Virus record (IMG/VR): IMGVR_UViG_3300033153_015063
Coordinates: 62,001 to 126,000 of that record
Strand: one strand, 5' to 3'
Length of the DNA: 64,000 bases
In this document: piece by piece, positions 27,986-39,712 of the stretch
Layout: every line of letters starts with the position of its first letter
Position numbering within the stretch: the stretch's first letter is position 1
The notes under the pieces: generated by a model
Databases searched by the model: none
What the model was told of the DNA's origin: nothing
What the model saw: only the letters and a program-made list of their open reading frames with translations
Program-made: the position numbers and the translations under genes

Positions 27986-29346
27986 AAAAAGTCTCTATCT
28001 TCCTCTTACTGAGTTCAGTAGTGTTACTCTCGATGCTGGGAACTGTTGCGTCTTTCAACCCATCTTACACAGTCTATGGGGTTATCGAGACGGTAGAAGG
28101 TAACCCTATCCAGGATGCAAGTGTCACGGTGACAAACACTGATACAAACGAGAGTCTGAATACTACCACAGGTAGTGAGGGGAAGTATCAGGTCAACCTC
28201 GGTAACCTTCCATCAGGATGGTCGATAGGCGATACCATCGACATCGAGGTATCTTTTGATGATGTCACTGTAAACGACAACTTCACCACATCTGGAAACA
28301 GAAAGATGGTGGACTTCGAGTTGACCTTCTCAGACCCGGTGGCAATCATCATCTTCACCCCCGAGACCGTCTTTGTGGGTGATGTTGTCGAGTTCGACGG
28401 GTCATCATCATGGTCTAACGGCACCATTACCAACTGGAACTGGATTTTCGGCGACGATGATGCCGATGGAGGTGTGGATGTAACACACGTCTATGATGAA
28501 GCGGGTGTATACGAGGTCAGCCTGGCGATTGTAGATAACTACACGATGGCCGATACTCACTCTATCAACATCACAGTTTTGGAACCGTTCTGGAGTGGTT
28601 CAGCGTCATACGAAGTCAGACAGGGTGTCGATAGATGGATTGACATCTCTGAAAACCTGGTCTCTGATGCTTCTGTCGAATGTGCCGATAGTAGAGTGTC
28701 CTTTGTAGTAGAAAACAGTACATTGTTGTTGTCTTTCAACGCCGGAGATACCAACACTACATTACAACTTTCCATCACCAAGGAATATATTGTATACCAA
28801 CACTACATTACAATCGTAGTAGTAGAGGTATTCAGTGCTACATTATCCGCCAGTAACATCAACTCGTCAGGATTGATAGAGATTGAACTCTCAATTAACG
28901 GTGGAAAAACGCCTTATAGTATCGTGTGGGATTGGGGCGACGGAAATTACACGAACCTCACTACAAACCTGATCGAACTATCTTCCACTCACAACTACTC
29001 ATCTGTTGGTAACTATTCTATAGTATCCACAGTCACGGATGATGATGAATATAGTGTTATCAACGAGTATACTATAACCTTTGCCGATGAGGATGAAGAC
29101 GATGATAGTGCAGGCAACACAGCTACAGTGCTTACTGAGAACCAGAAAAAACAGGTAAGTGCTGTAACTATTACTGCTCTTGAAGTAGTTTTAGTCCTCT
29201 TTATGACTGTTTTCCTTTTCATGGTAGTTTCTAAAGTTGTAGAAATGAATACAACTAAGCTTGTGTTTATTCTACTGATTATCAGTGGGGCTATCTCTCT
29301 TTTATATGGTTGGATTGACCTATTCAGATTATTGGCATGGTGGTAA
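27982..29346 (+). CDS. surface protein with PKD domains and two C-terminal TM helices
   Basis: GGAGGT RBS; signal peptide; WIFGDD and WDWGDG motifs. Confidence 0.8.
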   Translation: MKKVSIFLLLSSVVLLSMLGTVASFNPSYTVYGVIETVEGNPIQDASVTVTNTDTNESLNTTTGSEGKYQVNLGNLPSGWSIGDTIDIEVSFDDVTVNDNFTTSGNRKMVDFELTFSDPVAIIIFTPETVFVGDVVEFDGSSSWSNGTITNWNWIFGDDDADGGVDVTHVYDEAGVYEVSLAIVDNYTMADTHSINITVLEPFWSGSASYEVRQGVDRWIDISENLVSDASVECADSRVSFVVENSTLLLSFNAGDTNTTLQLSITKEYIVYQHYITIVVVEVFSATLSASNINSSGLIEIELSINGGKTPYSIVWDWGDGNYTNLTTNLIELSSTHNYSSVGNYSIVSTVTDDDEYSVINEYTITFADEDEDDDSAGNTATVLTENQKKQVSAVTITALEVVLVLFMTVFLFMVVSKVVEMNTTKLVFILLIISGAISLLYGWIDLFRLLAWW

Positions 29347-32300
29347 AAATGGATTTAAAAGACAAACCTATGCTACTCAGTGTAATGCTGGTCATCGGCA
29401 TCTTCGCTGTCGGTGGAGTTCTATGGTATAGCGGTTACTTTACAGTAGTTGTAGAACCATATCCTGTAACTATCCACTCGGATAGTCTCGATGATCTCTC
29501 AGGTCATCTGAACCTTGAGGTCACTGACGAAGTAGACGACTACGACGACGATGGATGGTCATACGGTGACGAGGAAACCGATGAGTTGGGGAGTGGCTGG
29601 GCTGAGATACCAACGGCCCAACCAATCTCGGCATCCTTCTCGGTTTATGTCCGAGACTGGGGGGAGAAAGAACCCGATAACGATGGTGGGGTAGTTCATC
29701 ACAACCCATCGTTTGCCTTTTTTCTTTCAACAGCCGATACCCTGACCCTTGACGAAACCAATGGTGTCGAGGTAATCTCTCTCGGAGACTTCTACATCTT
29801 CGTCGGTCTGGTATGGGAGAACAAACACGACAGGTACAAAGTAGAGTTTGGTTGTATGGAGAACAAACTCCACCACAAACATCCTGGTCAGATGGATGCC
29901 CTCGATGACTGGCATGTCGTAGATATTATCTACGACGGAAATTATGCCTACCTCAATCTGGAAGAACGAGACCAGAAAGGTAAAGGGTGGAAACATGGCC
30001 TGTTCAGGTTGGACTGTAAGGTAGAAACTACTATCAGCTCAGTAGGGTTTGAGTTCAACAAGAACCACTTTCTCGATGGAATAACCCTGACTGACGATGG
30101 AGAAGGTTCAGAACCTTTCGTTGATGCTGGTGAGGATTTTGATGCCATAGAGGATGTCTCCTTTGATGTTTCGGGTGATTATGGACATATGCCTACCGAT
30201 GTTGATGGAGTCTGGTGGGACATGGATGACAGCGACGGTACCGACGACCGGGATATCGCCACCAGGGATGGTTCATGGGTCTACGGGGACCCAGGGATTT
30301 ACACCGCTACGTTCTGCGTCGAGCTTGACGATGCTTCTCTCTATTGTGATAGTATCGAAATAGAGGTCGAGGCGATCTATCCTGACACCGATGGAGATGG
30401 TATCACTGACCCAGACGACAACTGCCCATCAATCCCCAACCCTGGGCAAGAGGATAATGACCTGGACGGCCTGGGTGATGTCTGTGACCCCGACGATGAT
30501 AACGACGGCGTTCTTGACACTACAGACAACTGCCAGTTCATCTGGAACCCACTCCAGGCCGACAACGACCTGGATGGTCTGGGTGACGTCTGCGATGACG
30601 ACGACGACAACGATGGCATCCTTGATACTGTCGACAACTGTCAATACACCTACAATCCCTTGCAAACAGACATTGATAGCGATGGAGAGGGTGACGCTTG
30701 TGATGGAGACCTCGATGGTGATGGGGTTCCCAACACATCTGACAACTGCCCATCAATCCCCAACCCTGGGCAAGAGGATAATGACCTGGACGGCCTGGGT
30801 GATGTCTGTGACCCCGACGACGATGATGATGGAGTTCTGGATGGGCCAGACAACTGCCAATATGTAGCAAACCCCCTACAAACAGACACCGATGCAGATG
30901 GACTTGGAGATGCATGTGACCCTGACGACGATAACGACGGTGAACCCGACACTACGGATAACTGCCAACTCATCTACAACCCAGACCAGATTGATACCGA
31001 TAGTGATGGTCTGGGTGATGTCTGTGACCCTGATGATGATGATGATACAATCCTGGACCCCGTTGACAACTGCCCTTTGACAGCAAACTTGGGGCAGGAA
31101 GATAACGATGCCGATGGGATAGGGGACGTGTGTGACCCCGACGATGATAACGACGGTGTGTTGGATGGGCCAGACAACTGCCAATACACTCCAAACCCAT
31201 CTCAACTCGATACTGACAGCGATGGGGAGGGTGACGCCTGTGACACCGACGACGATGGAGACGGTGTGTTGGATGGTCCAGACAACTGCCCGTTGACGCC
31301 GAACCCAGGACAGGATGATACTGATGGAGACAGCCTTGGAGACCTGTGCGATCCTGACGACGACAACGACGGCGTTCTTGACTGGGCCGACAACTGCCAG
31401 TATGTCGTGAATCCATCCCAGGCCGACAACGACGGAGATTCACTCGGTGATGCCTGTGACCCTGATGATGATGATGATGGTGTTCTCGATGGGGCCGACA
31501 ACTGCCCCTTCACCCCCAACCCAGGACAGGAAGACCTGGACTCCGACGGCCATGGTGACGCCTGTGATGATGATTGGGACGGCGACGGTATTGATAACGG
31601 GGATGATAACTGCCCAATCGTCCCCAACCCGGGGCAGGAAGACGCTGACGAGGATGGGGTCGGCGATGCCTGTGAGGATGATACCGACGGTGATGGTATC
31701 CCTGACCCCCTGGATAACTGTGTGTTGACGCCTAACCCCGACCAGACTGACACGGACGGGGACGGTGACGGGGACGCTTGCGACACCGACGACGACGACG
31801 ATACAATCCTGGACCCAGACGACAACTGCCCCCTTATCCCCAATCCAGGGCAGGAGGACAACGACCTGGATGGTCTGGGTGATGTCTGTGACCCGGACGA
31901 CGACAACGACGAGATAGACGACCCAGAAGATAATTGCCCTCTGGTCACAAATCCAGGACAGGAGGACCTGGACGAGGACGGGGTCGGTGACGTCTGTGAT
32001 GACGACGATGATGGTGATGGTATCTCTGATGAAGATGATAACTGCCCGACCATCCAGAACCCTTCTCAGACTGACACTGACGTAGATGGAATCGGTGATG
32101 CCTGCGACAGCGATGATGATGGCGATGGTGTTCCTGATACTACAGATAACTGCCCCTTGACCCCGAACAGCGACCAGGCTGACACGGATGGGGATGGTAT
32201 AGGCGATGCCTGTGAGGAACCCATCACAATCATACTCTTTGACATCTCTGACAACGTCACCTACATCGTCAATACAAGGGTGAACTTCTCTGGAGTGATT

Positions 32301-32729
32301 ATCTCTCCAGAGGACTGTTCGTTCTTATGGGAGTTTGGTGACGACAGAACGGCAAATGTCAAGGGCCCGAGTCACATCTGGTTATGGCTTGGGGAGTTCC
32401 AGATGAACATCACCGTGACCTGCGACCTGGACGAGGAGAAGAAGGTTGTCAACGTGACTATCGTTGAATCTGCACCTGGTCCTGCTGGCAAGGCCGAGGT
32501 GGTGTCAAAGATGGAATATCCGTTGACATACTTCCTTGTGCCGTTCCTCGTGTTATTCGGTCTCGGACTGTTTGTGTTCCAGGCCCCGACGTTGGTAGAT
32601 AACCAGAAGTACGTCATGGCCGTTATGTTGGGCATCATAGCGATAATGATGTTCGAGTTCTTCGGCATCACCAGCTACTCTGTCAACTTTGGGGCGATCT
32701 ACTCTGGCATGGGAGTTACACCGAGGTGA
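29337..32729 (+). CDS. surface protein with PKD domains and 17 thrombospondin type 3 repeats
   Basis: 17 units of DNCP..PNP.Q.D.D.DG.GD.CD; N-terminal anchor; two C-terminal TM helices. Confidence 0.9.
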   Translation: MVVKMDLKDKPMLLSVMLVIGIFAVGGVLWYSGYFTVVVEPYPVTIHSDSLDDLSGHLNLEVTDEVDDYDDDGWSYGDEETDELGSGWAEIPTAQPISASFSVYVRDWGEKEPDNDGGVVHHNPSFAFFLSTADTLTLDETNGVEVISLGDFYIFVGLVWENKHDRYKVEFGCMENKLHHKHPGQMDALDDWHVVDIIYDGNYAYLNLEERDQKGKGWKHGLFRLDCKVETTISSVGFEFNKNHFLDGITLTDDGEGSEPFVDAGEDFDAIEDVSFDVSGDYGHMPTDVDGVWWDMDDSDGTDDRDIATRDGSWVYGDPGIYTATFCVELDDASLYCDSIEIEVEAIYPDTDGDGITDPDDNCPSIPNPGQEDNDLDGLGDVCDPDDDNDGVLDTTDNCQFIWNPLQADNDLDGLGDVCDDDDDNDGILDTVDNCQYTYNPLQTDIDSDGEGDACDGDLDGDGVPNTSDNCPSIPNPGQEDNDLDGLGDVCDPDDDDDGVLDGPDNCQYVANPLQTDTDADGLGDACDPDDDNDGEPDTTDNCQLIYNPDQIDTDSDGLGDVCDPDDDDDTILDPVDNCPLTANLGQEDNDADGIGDVCDPDDDNDGVLDGPDNCQYTPNPSQLDTDSDGEGDACDTDDDGDGVLDGPDNCPLTPNPGQDDTDGDSLGDLCDPDDDNDGVLDWADNCQYVVNPSQADNDGDSLGDACDPDDDDDGVLDGADNCPFTPNPGQEDLDSDGHGDACDDDWDGDGIDNGDDNCPIVPNPGQEDADEDGVGDACEDDTDGDGIPDPLDNCVLTPNPDQTDTDGDGDGDACDTDDDDDTILDPDDNCPLIPNPGQEDNDLDGLGDVCDPDDDNDEIDDPEDNCPLVTNPGQEDLDEDGVGDVCDDDDDGDGISDEDDNCPTIQNPSQTDTDVDGIGDACDSDDDGDGVPDTTDNCPLTPNSDQADTDGDGIGDACEEPITIILFDISDNVTYIVNTRVNFSGVIISPEDCSFLWEFGDDRTANVKGPSHIWLWLGEFQMNITVTCDLDEEKKVVNVTIVESAPGPAGKAEVVSKMEYPLTYFLVPFLVLFGLGLFVFQAPTLVDNQKYVMAVMLGIIAIMMFEFFGITSYSVNFGAIYSGMGVTPR
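30380..32216 (+). repeat. 17 x 108-bp coding repeat (thrombospondin type 3)
   Basis: counted DNC motifs; units 1 and 4 share about 80 identical bp. Confidence 0.85.
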
Positions 32730-33267
32730 TAGGATAGCAGTCATAGATGTTACCATAGTAGCAATCATTCTGTTTGTTCCCATCGCCTGGGTGGCCAGAC
32801 GAAAGAACGTACTTGGAGAGCTTCTTCTGGGTATGGCCTTCGGGTTCGTATGGGAGCTGATGACAAAGCGGCTATGGACCATCGAGCTGACTAACATCTA
32901 TTACACTCTGTCCCCAGTAGTCATAGTGGCGTGGGGAGTGGTATTCGTATCAACGACTTACTATGCAGAATACATCAAGGATAAATTTAATTTTACGACC
33001 TACTTCATCCCGGATCTGATATCTTCGGTTATTGGTCTGGGATTCGAGTACGTAGGTTTTAAAATTTATGATGCCTGGAGATACAAACCTGTGGTTATGG
33101 ATGAGGGTATCATCCCGATACTCGACATGCCCTGGGTAGTCCTTGCACTCTGGCCAGTAGTTGTGTTACTCTACAACAACTTCATCCGGGTCTATGACCC
33201 ATTCATAGAGAGTTGGTTCGAACAGCGTCAGATAACAATCGACTTACGAAAGAACAGTGGAAAATGA
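32689..33267 (+). CDS. membrane protein, start uncertain; similar to 39713-40321
   Basis: two internal repeats with E...W.Y....P pattern. Confidence 0.65.
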   Translation: MGRSTLAWELHRGDRIAVIDVTIVAIILFVPIAWVARRKNVLGELLLGMAFGFVWELMTKRLWTIELTNIYYTLSPVVIVAWGVVFVSTTYYAEYIKDKFNFTTYFIPDLISSVIGLGFEYVGFKIYDAWRYKPVVMDEGIIPILDMPWVVLALWPVVVLLYNNFIRVYDPFIESWFEQRQITIDLRKNSGK

Positions 33268-33277
33268 GAGGAATAGA

Positions 33278-34081
33278 TTACCTCTTCTGTTTGTAATCTG
33301 TGAAGTATTTACTCAAAGGCCACGGGACGCCACGGCCATGGCTGCTGTAAAGTATGTCCTGGGCAGCGTTGATACTCTTTGCCCCGGCGTTGTACTTCTT
33401 CACAGCCTTTCCAACGATGGGTTTGAGGCGTTTCAGCTCCTCGATGTCTCTGGCATCAAGCCAAAGACCATAGTTGTAAGAGTTTTCATCATGGTAGCTA
33501 CCAGGGTCCCTCCGTTCTTTGGCGAAAGCTCTGTGATGGTCATAAGCACCCCTGGTCAACCCTTCAGGCGTCATCACCTCTTGAGAGTCATAGGCGATGA
33601 AGAAACGAGCTGCCCTGTCGTCCCAGTCCCAATCGCTTGCATACCCATGCCCTTTTGGTCTCTGCCCATAAACATTGAGATAGGTCATCCCGGCGATACG
33701 TTCCTTTTGGACCTTGTACTTCCCAGGATATTTTTCATCGAGATGCTTCTGGAACGAGGTCTCCATACGCCTACTCGGAGCTTTTCCCTGATACTTGGGT
33801 AGGTGTGTGTCAGCCTCTTTCAAAAGTAGGATACCCTCTTCTTTTTCTTTGATGGATTGGTCGATGGACTTCTTTATCTCCCGGGTATCCAACTTCTCAA
33901 TGGCATCGTAGTTCTTGGAGTGTTCTGGTCTTGGTGTTATCTCTCCAACCATAGCCGCCATGAACTCTCCCTCCGTCAACTGAGGACTGTCTCCCACAGG
34001 TCCCTTGTAGACCGTAGATCCCTCTTCATATTCATAGCGGTATCTATTCCCTGAACCCTCAGGTATCTCTACGGTGGTCAT
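33278..34081 (-). CDS. leader-module protein
   Basis: MTTVEIPEGSGNRYRYEYEEGSTVYKGPVG; upstream 40 bp identical to that of gene 23763. Confidence 0.85.
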   Translation of the reverse strand: MTTVEIPEGSGNRYRYEYEEGSTVYKGPVGDSPQLTEGEFMAAMVGEITPRPEHSKNYDAIEKLDTREIKKSIDQSIKEKEEGILLLKEADTHLPKYQGKAPSRRMETSFQKHLDEKYPGKYKVQKERIAGMTYLNVYGQRPKGHGYASDWDWDDRAARFFIAYDSQEVMTPEGLTRGAYDHHRAFAKERRDPGSYHDENSYNYGLWLDARDIEELKRLKPIVGKAVKKYNAGAKSINAAQDILYSSHGRGVPWPLSKYFTDYKQKR

Positions 34082-34195
34082 CAAGGAATACAATGGGTGT
34101 TGAGTATATAAAGAGTTCGGGAAGATTCTGCATCTCAAATCGGCCGGTGCTGCTTCTCAAAAGAGTCCTACCCAACTTACCCAGCTACCTCCTTT

Positions 34196-34271
34196 TTACG
34201 CTTTTTACAGTTAACCCAGCCCAAACTATATAAAGACCAAGATGCGGGTAAGAGTTAGGTGATGTATGATG
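34196..34271 (+). promoter_or_regulatory. motif + TATA + UTR + RBS unit, copy 1 of 3
   Basis: 45-bp TATATAAAGACCAAGATGCGGGTAAGAGTTAGGTGATGTATGATG at 34227-34271. Confidence 0.9.
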
Positions 34272-35021
34272 GTTACAAAAGTAAAAATCGGAACGACCTT
34301 TCGCTCTGGACTTGCCGATGGAAACCCTCTCTGGAAGATTATCAAGAAAGTAGGATCTCGGCCGGCGACCTATCTCTGCGATGTCGTGAACGAACCCGTT
34401 GAGTTCAACGGAAAGATGTTTGATAGTGACTTCGCTGGCCACTCAGATACCTTCCTCAAGTCAGCAATCGAGCAGAAGCTCAGGTTCTCCGATGCTATCA
34501 ACCATCTGGTGGCCGAAAAAGAATCATTCTGGGACAGCCAGAAAGTTGGAACCACCTACCACTACCAGAGCTCCCGGGGCCAGTGGATTCGGGGAGTGGT
34601 TGATACCCGTGAGGACGACAAAGGTAGGACTGAGAAGTTCCTGAAGTGGACCAACCTTATCGGAGATTGGCGACATGAACTTCCTCAGGTCCGTGCTGAT
34701 GGTTCAGTCTACAAGGGTTACTATATTGAGAACATCGAGAAGGGAGATGGGAACTGTCCAAGTGAATCCCAACTCTATGAGTGTAACTCCGCCAAGTTCT
34801 CTGACAACCCTACCCAGATGGAACCTATCGACCTGACCATCCCCGAACCATCCGAGGATGAAAAGAAGGAACAAGAGCTCTGGCAGAAGGTCAACAAGGT
34901 CCGGGATCTCTTACAGTCCACCAACGAATCCATCAAGTCTGATGGAAAATCCCCCGAACATCTTCTCGATGAAATCAGGGGCGTCGTGGGTCAAGGTTAC
35001 AGACGCCTCTTCAATTTCTGA
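34266..35021 (+). CDS. phage-type hypothetical protein
   Basis: 251-aa ORF with strong promoter and RBS. Confidence 0.8.
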   Translation: MMVTKVKIGTTFRSGLADGNPLWKIIKKVGSRPATYLCDVVNEPVEFNGKMFDSDFAGHSDTFLKSAIEQKLRFSDAINHLVAEKESFWDSQKVGTTYHYQSSRGQWIRGVVDTREDDKGRTEKFLKWTNLIGDWRHELPQVRADGSVYKGYYIENIEKGDGNCPSESQLYECNSAKFSDNPTQMEPIDLTIPEPSEDEKKEQELWQKVNKVRDLLQSTNESIKSDGKSPEHLLDEIRGVVGQGYRRLFNF

Positions 35022-35269
35022 TGACAGTCCAATATATCATAGGTGATAAGGTGGACCCATCAAAAGAAGAAAAACTGGTCCAGGCGATGTTGGCCCAGAT
35101 GCGTCGGGATACCGTAAGGATATTCGGTAGGATTCTCGGTATCCCGACGCATCAAACCATAACACCACAACCAATCCAGGAGCCTCAACCGGCCCCGGTG
35201 GTTCCAACGTCCCAGGTTGTCACTAAAACCCCGAAAAAACGGGTGAATCGTAGGCTTTTCGATTTCTGA
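35021..35269 (+). CDS. small protein ending RRLFDF
   Basis: TGATG coupling; C-terminus echoes RRLFNF of the upstream gene. Confidence 0.7.
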   Translation: MTVQYIIGDKVDPSKEEKLVQAMLAQMRRDTVRIFGRILGIPTHQTITPQPIQEPQPAPVVPTSQVVTKTPKKRVNRRLFDF

Positions 35270-35343
35270 CCCATCCACCCAACCATTCTCTCCTGTTTTC
35301 TAGAAAACACTTCCGGGGTGATGGGTGATGTTACGAGGATGGT

Positions 35344-36255
35344 TTACGAATCTGATTGTCTGGCCCAGACGACCCAGCCCTGGGCCCTCTTCTGCATCCT
35401 GACAAAGTAACCGGCCTCCCTCCATGCATCCCGGATTGCATCTCCACCACTCCGTTCTTTCATAATGGCGATGACACGGTACTCCTTACCGTCGAACATC
35501 CTTTTGGAATTGATACCAGACTTCTTTGCCTTTGCCTTTGCCTTTTTGGCCTGACGGGCAGTCTTCAGGTTCCGCTTCGCCGCCCGTATCTGTTTCTTTG
35601 ACCTTGGAAGCTTGTGAGCCTCTTTGATGTTCTTCTTTGCCTGCTTCACCTGGGCCGATGTCGGGCGGTCAGAAATCTCGACGTCGATGGGGTCCCAACC
35701 CAGCTTCCCCCGGTACTTGTTGACCATACGGATGGCCTGCTGTTGCTTGGCCTTCGTGGCGAACTCACCCCTACCAGATTGTTTGATAGCGGCCCCGAGT
35801 GTCATGGTCCGTGATTGGAGGGTAGCCATGTTGATACCCTTCCGCCGGTCCTGGTCTATCTGTTCCAGAATCTTTTTCACTTCATCGGTGTGTGACAGAC
35901 CCTCTGGGTCGATGTCCTTTACCTGCCCCTTCGCACCGAGATAGATGGGTTTCCCTGACGCCATCTTTTTCCGTTCTGTGACCCGCTTTTTTGCTCTTCC
36001 CCCACCCTCTGTGGTCTCTCCCGTCCTCTCCCATGAATCTACGTAAGTGGCACGTTCGTCTCGCTTTCGGACCCTGGCGAGTTCCTCCTGGGCTGGCTTG
36101 ATGCGTTCCTCCAGTATGTCCTGGAGAGATTCCATGAACTCAGCCTCCTTCAGTGCCGGGGCCTCTCCCACAGGCCCCTTGTACACAGTTTTACCATTTT
36201 CGTACTCGTACCTGTATCTGTTACCGGACCCTGGTGGAATCTCAACGGTGGTCAT
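35344..36255 (-). CDS. leader-module protein with very basic, possibly nucleic-acid-binding cargo
   Basis: MTTVEIPPGSGNRYRYEYENGKTVYKGPVG; cargo paralogous to gene 43144. Confidence 0.85.
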   Translation of the reverse strand: MTTVEIPPGSGNRYRYEYENGKTVYKGPVGEAPALKEAEFMESLQDILEERIKPAQEELARVRKRDERATYVDSWERTGETTEGGGRAKKRVTERKKMASGKPIYLGAKGQVKDIDPEGLSHTDEVKKILEQIDQDRRKGINMATLQSRTMTLGAAIKQSGRGEFATKAKQQQAIRMVNKYRGKLGWDPIDVEISDRPTSAQVKQAKKNIKEAHKLPRSKKQIRAAKRNLKTARQAKKAKAKAKKSGINSKRMFDGKEYRVIAIMKERSGGDAIRDAWREAGYFVRMQKRAQGWVVWARQSDS

Positions 36256-36416
36256 CGGCTATGGATGAGCTGAGGAGTATTTAAAAGGTTCTCTTTTGAA
36301 GGGATTTACATCCTGTTCAATCTCAAACTATAGGGATGTACATCAAAACTATATAGATACTTACACTTATTTCACATAAAATAAGTTAAAAAGTGATTTA
36401 CTTTTATATCTTGCCT

Positions 36417-36529
36417 CCATAAAAGGGAGTATTTAACCATAGGGGGAAAAAAGATACCCCCCTGTACCATGCTGTAATGAAGCCATCTGCAGTATATAAA
36501 GACTATAGAGATTGAGGCTGGAAATATAT
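36417..36529 (+). repeat. 113-bp inverted repeat, left copy
   Basis: exact reverse complement of 51888-52000. Confidence 0.9.
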
Positions 36530-36953
36530 GTATGACTACAAAATCTCTATATAGATTCAAAAGAGATTTATACACGACTGATATAAAACTACATCGTCTG
36601 TCAACGTATTAGAAACAGATACGTTGAGAAGGTAAACTACTTATATTAGTTGTACAAATACACACAACTACCAATTTCGTCCTGGTGCGGAGTCCTCATC
36701 TCTCCGCACCCACTTTTTTCCCTCTACTCCCATCATCCCCATATACCCCCCTAACCAAAAAGGGGCCCTAATACCCTATATATAATATAGGACCAATAAT
36801 AATAATAATAATAAAAATAGACCCCAAGCTACCATTGAGCTGCTTTCGCTCAGTTTCTTTCAGGCTGCTTTCATATATAAACCCCACGACGCCACATCCA
36901 TCTTACGAACCAAAAACCTTTTAAAACCATAGGCCTTTAAACCCAACGATAGA

Positions 36954-38123
36954 GTGACACACCTGAAGGAGATTCCGAAGGGCAGCGGAAACCTTTACAT
37001 CTACGGTTATAACTCAGGAAAGAAGAGTGATGAATACATAGGGGTCTACTCCAGGGAAAAATGGGTTGAGTTAGCCCTGATGGAGAAGCTACAGAAGAGT
37101 GTCCAGGAACTCAGAGAAATCGAAGGTAGTCGTAGTGAAGATGAACGGGAGGAGGATGAAAGTGAGTTGAACAATGACCTCATCTACCCAGACGACCCAC
37201 GTATCAGAGAGTGGCTCATCGACCCATCCAAACTCGACGTAGTCGGTGTAGACCTCGATCTCAAATCGGTCCGAGATGAAATAATAAGACTCAAAAAGGA
37301 TAGTAAAAGTCTCGAAAGGGAAATAGGTGAGATGGAAAAAATTGGTGTTGAGAAAGAACGTTACGAAAATCTACTCTGGCGTAAAAAGGCAAAGGACCTG
37401 GAATTGAGACAAGCCATTTTCATCGAAAAATTCCCAAACACTACATCTTTCATAGTTTTCAATCCAGAACATATGAAGAACGTCATAAACGGAAAATACA
37501 ACTATGTCCTTCAAATAGGAAAAGAAGTTGATGGTTTTTCTGACCTTGGGATTCCACCACGACACATCTACGACATAGGTATCAACTACTTCAATGGTTC
37601 TCAGGAGAATTATGGGGCAGCTGGATCGTATCAGAGAAAAAATGAACATCACTTGCATGGTCAGTTGACCATACCTTACTATAAAAACAAACGAAAAAAG
37701 GGTCCAACTGAAGATGATAAACATACCATAATCCATGAAGTGGGTCATCACGTCCATACATCTACACTCCTTGGTCACAAAAAATTAAAAAAGTATTACA
37801 CCAAGTGGAACGAAGAGATGCATAAAATATCACTGACAATGCCACCAGCCGGAACCATGTCCAGGGTCCAGGCATATGGGAGTGACCCGCACGAAACGTT
37901 CGCCGAGAGATACGCAACCTATATCGACGGTAAGATGATAACAAATAAACAGATATTAAATAAACAAGTTACAACACTAAAAAGTAAAACTAAATTAACT
38001 AAAAAAGAGAAGAAAGAGATAGAGATATTGGAGGATGAGATAACCGCATCTAAAACGATACTAGATTTTTTCTCTGAAACGTTTAAAGCTATCGAACAAG
38101 TAGACCTCAACAGGAGAGAATGA
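36954..38123 (+). CDS. divergent leader fused to a zincin-like metallopeptidase
   Basis: EIPKGSGNLYIY; IIHEVGHHVH followed by ETFAE. Confidence 0.8.
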   Translation: MTHLKEIPKGSGNLYIYGYNSGKKSDEYIGVYSREKWVELALMEKLQKSVQELREIEGSRSEDEREEDESELNNDLIYPDDPRIREWLIDPSKLDVVGVDLDLKSVRDEIIRLKKDSKSLEREIGEMEKIGVEKERYENLLWRKKAKDLELRQAIFIEKFPNTTSFIVFNPEHMKNVINGKYNYVLQIGKEVDGFSDLGIPPRHIYDIGINYFNGSQENYGAAGSYQRKNEHHLHGQLTIPYYKNKRKKGPTEDDKHTIIHEVGHHVHTSTLLGHKKLKKYYTKWNEEMHKISLTMPPAGTMSRVQAYGSDPHETFAERYATYIDGKMITNKQILNKQVTTLKSKTKLTKKEKKEIEILEDEITASKTILDFFSETFKAIEQVDLNRRE

Positions 38124-39076
38124 CAGTGGCACCAAACGTCGCCAGCATACCACAGTGGGCCAATGGGAAAAAGGGTTGGCTTCTACTACTGGCCATCTTA
38201 ATTGTTGGACTATACATAGCAGCAGATGCCCTCACTGTAAATAATCAGAAAGCCATACTCCTTTTTGAGTGCGATGGAGACGAACCAGACGATTGGGATG
38301 ACAGATGGAACCTACTTGGGAAAAATTCAAGCCATGACCAGGATGAAAGTGGTGGGTACCTGACAGGTTACAACAGGTCATACAATACCACAACCATGGC
38401 CGAAAATGTCCCAGGGGAAGTTTCCAGGGTTTCAATGTGGGCCATAATCAGGGATATAACTGCCATTGACGACGATGCACCTATCTACCACCACCCGGTC
38501 GCTTATGCCCTGGTTTTTGGGGATTCCTGGTTGGCACTATCGGGTAGAATCGGTGTCAACTACTCATCACTCCCCATGTATTACGCATTCATGGTCATAG
38601 ATAGCAACAATGTGATTGTAGGTGTGGCAGAACGTGGGTATCTGATAAAAACTTCATCAGTCGAGATATCTACCGATGTAGAGGAGTGGTTTCACATCAC
38701 AATCAAACTAGAAGGGAACTGCATCCAGGGTTTCACTGGTCTGAACAGCACCGAGAAGGTATGTAACGATGAAGGATTCCCGAGAGAAAGGATAGCAATC
38801 GAGATGAACTCCTACAACAGATTGGACAACATGACAGTAGAGGGATACAAAGAAAGTGGTATTGTAAGGTCAGCATCTGTAATGGGATTCACTTCGATGA
38901 CCTTCCCTGGATGGTTATTGATGCTTGGCACAGGCCTGAGTATGTTGCTTGCTTTATTCCTTGCTGTCTCGCTAAAGGAGTACCCGATGTCCAAATTCAT
39001 GCGGGGATGGTGCATACTCGTGTTCATCTGGTCTGTGGTTCTGGTCCTGATATTTTTACGAATAATAGTGTTGTGA
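38120..39076 (+). CDS. surface protein with a lectin-like domain and two C-terminal TM helices
   Basis: N-terminal TM; WFHITI and IAIEMN...LDNMTV. Confidence 0.75.
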   Translation: MTVAPNVASIPQWANGKKGWLLLLAILIVGLYIAADALTVNNQKAILLFECDGDEPDDWDDRWNLLGKNSSHDQDESGGYLTGYNRSYNTTTMAENVPGEVSRVSMWAIIRDITAIDDDAPIYHHPVAYALVFGDSWLALSGRIGVNYSSLPMYYAFMVIDSNNVIVGVAERGYLIKTSSVEISTDVEEWFHITIKLEGNCIQGFTGLNSTEKVCNDEGFPRERIAIEMNSYNRLDNMTVEGYKESGIVRSASVMGFTSMTFPGWLLMLGTGLSMLLALFLAVSLKEYPMSKFMRGWCILVFIWSVVLVLIFLRIIVL

Positions 39077-39080
39077 GAAA

Positions 39081-39689
39081 ATGAGTAAAAAGTGGTTATC
39101 AAATATTCCACCTGGGTCACCGAACTGGTACATATATGGTTCTCCAGATGAAGATGAAATGTGTGGCACAGGTTACTATGGACGTGCCACACTCGATAAT
39201 CTACAGGAATATAAACTCCAATTATTCTGGGAAAGAAAAGTGCAAAACATGGAACATAATGCTAGAGTAATTTTATCTACAGAACAACTATTCAACATCA
39301 AGTCAAGAGCATTAGGAAAAGTTTTAAAGAAAAGGGTGTCTGTAGATTCATTAAAACTGAATACTATCAATCTCAAAGTAGGAAGAGATATCATCAACAT
39401 CCAGTTCGGAGGTAGCCCGGTTTTCGAGAAAAGTGATGGGGTATGGAGAGTTGGTGTGGATGCAACGACTCCGATGATGAGAGGAAAGCAAATCTACATC
39501 ACCTACGATGAGACCTTCTACACCCATCTTGATAGAAGGGAAAGGCATCACATCGCTGCATCCATGAACGATGCCATGAAAAAAAGGGGATTCAGAATCG
39601 GAAACGTTGTGGATGAGTTCGAACGTAGTATCGGATTCGAGGATAAACTTATCAATCAAGATGAGATAGACGACGTTGCAGTCGTGTAG
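39081..39689 (+). CDS. protein with a divergent leader-like N-terminus
   Basis: NIPPGSPNWYIYG...YYGR. Confidence 0.75.
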   Translation: MSKKWLSNIPPGSPNWYIYGSPDEDEMCGTGYYGRATLDNLQEYKLQLFWERKVQNMEHNARVILSTEQLFNIKSRALGKVLKKRVSVDSLKLNTINLKVGRDIINIQFGGSPVFEKSDGVWRVGVDATTPMMRGKQIYITYDETFYTHLDRRERHHIAASMNDAMKKRGFRIGNVVDEFERSIGFEDKLINQDEIDDVAVV

Positions 39690-39712
39690 TCACACACGTA
39701 CGATGCATACTC

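Noticed and set aside
36372-36575. 67-aa ORF
   Set aside because: Spans the non-coding inverted repeat in AT-rich DNA.
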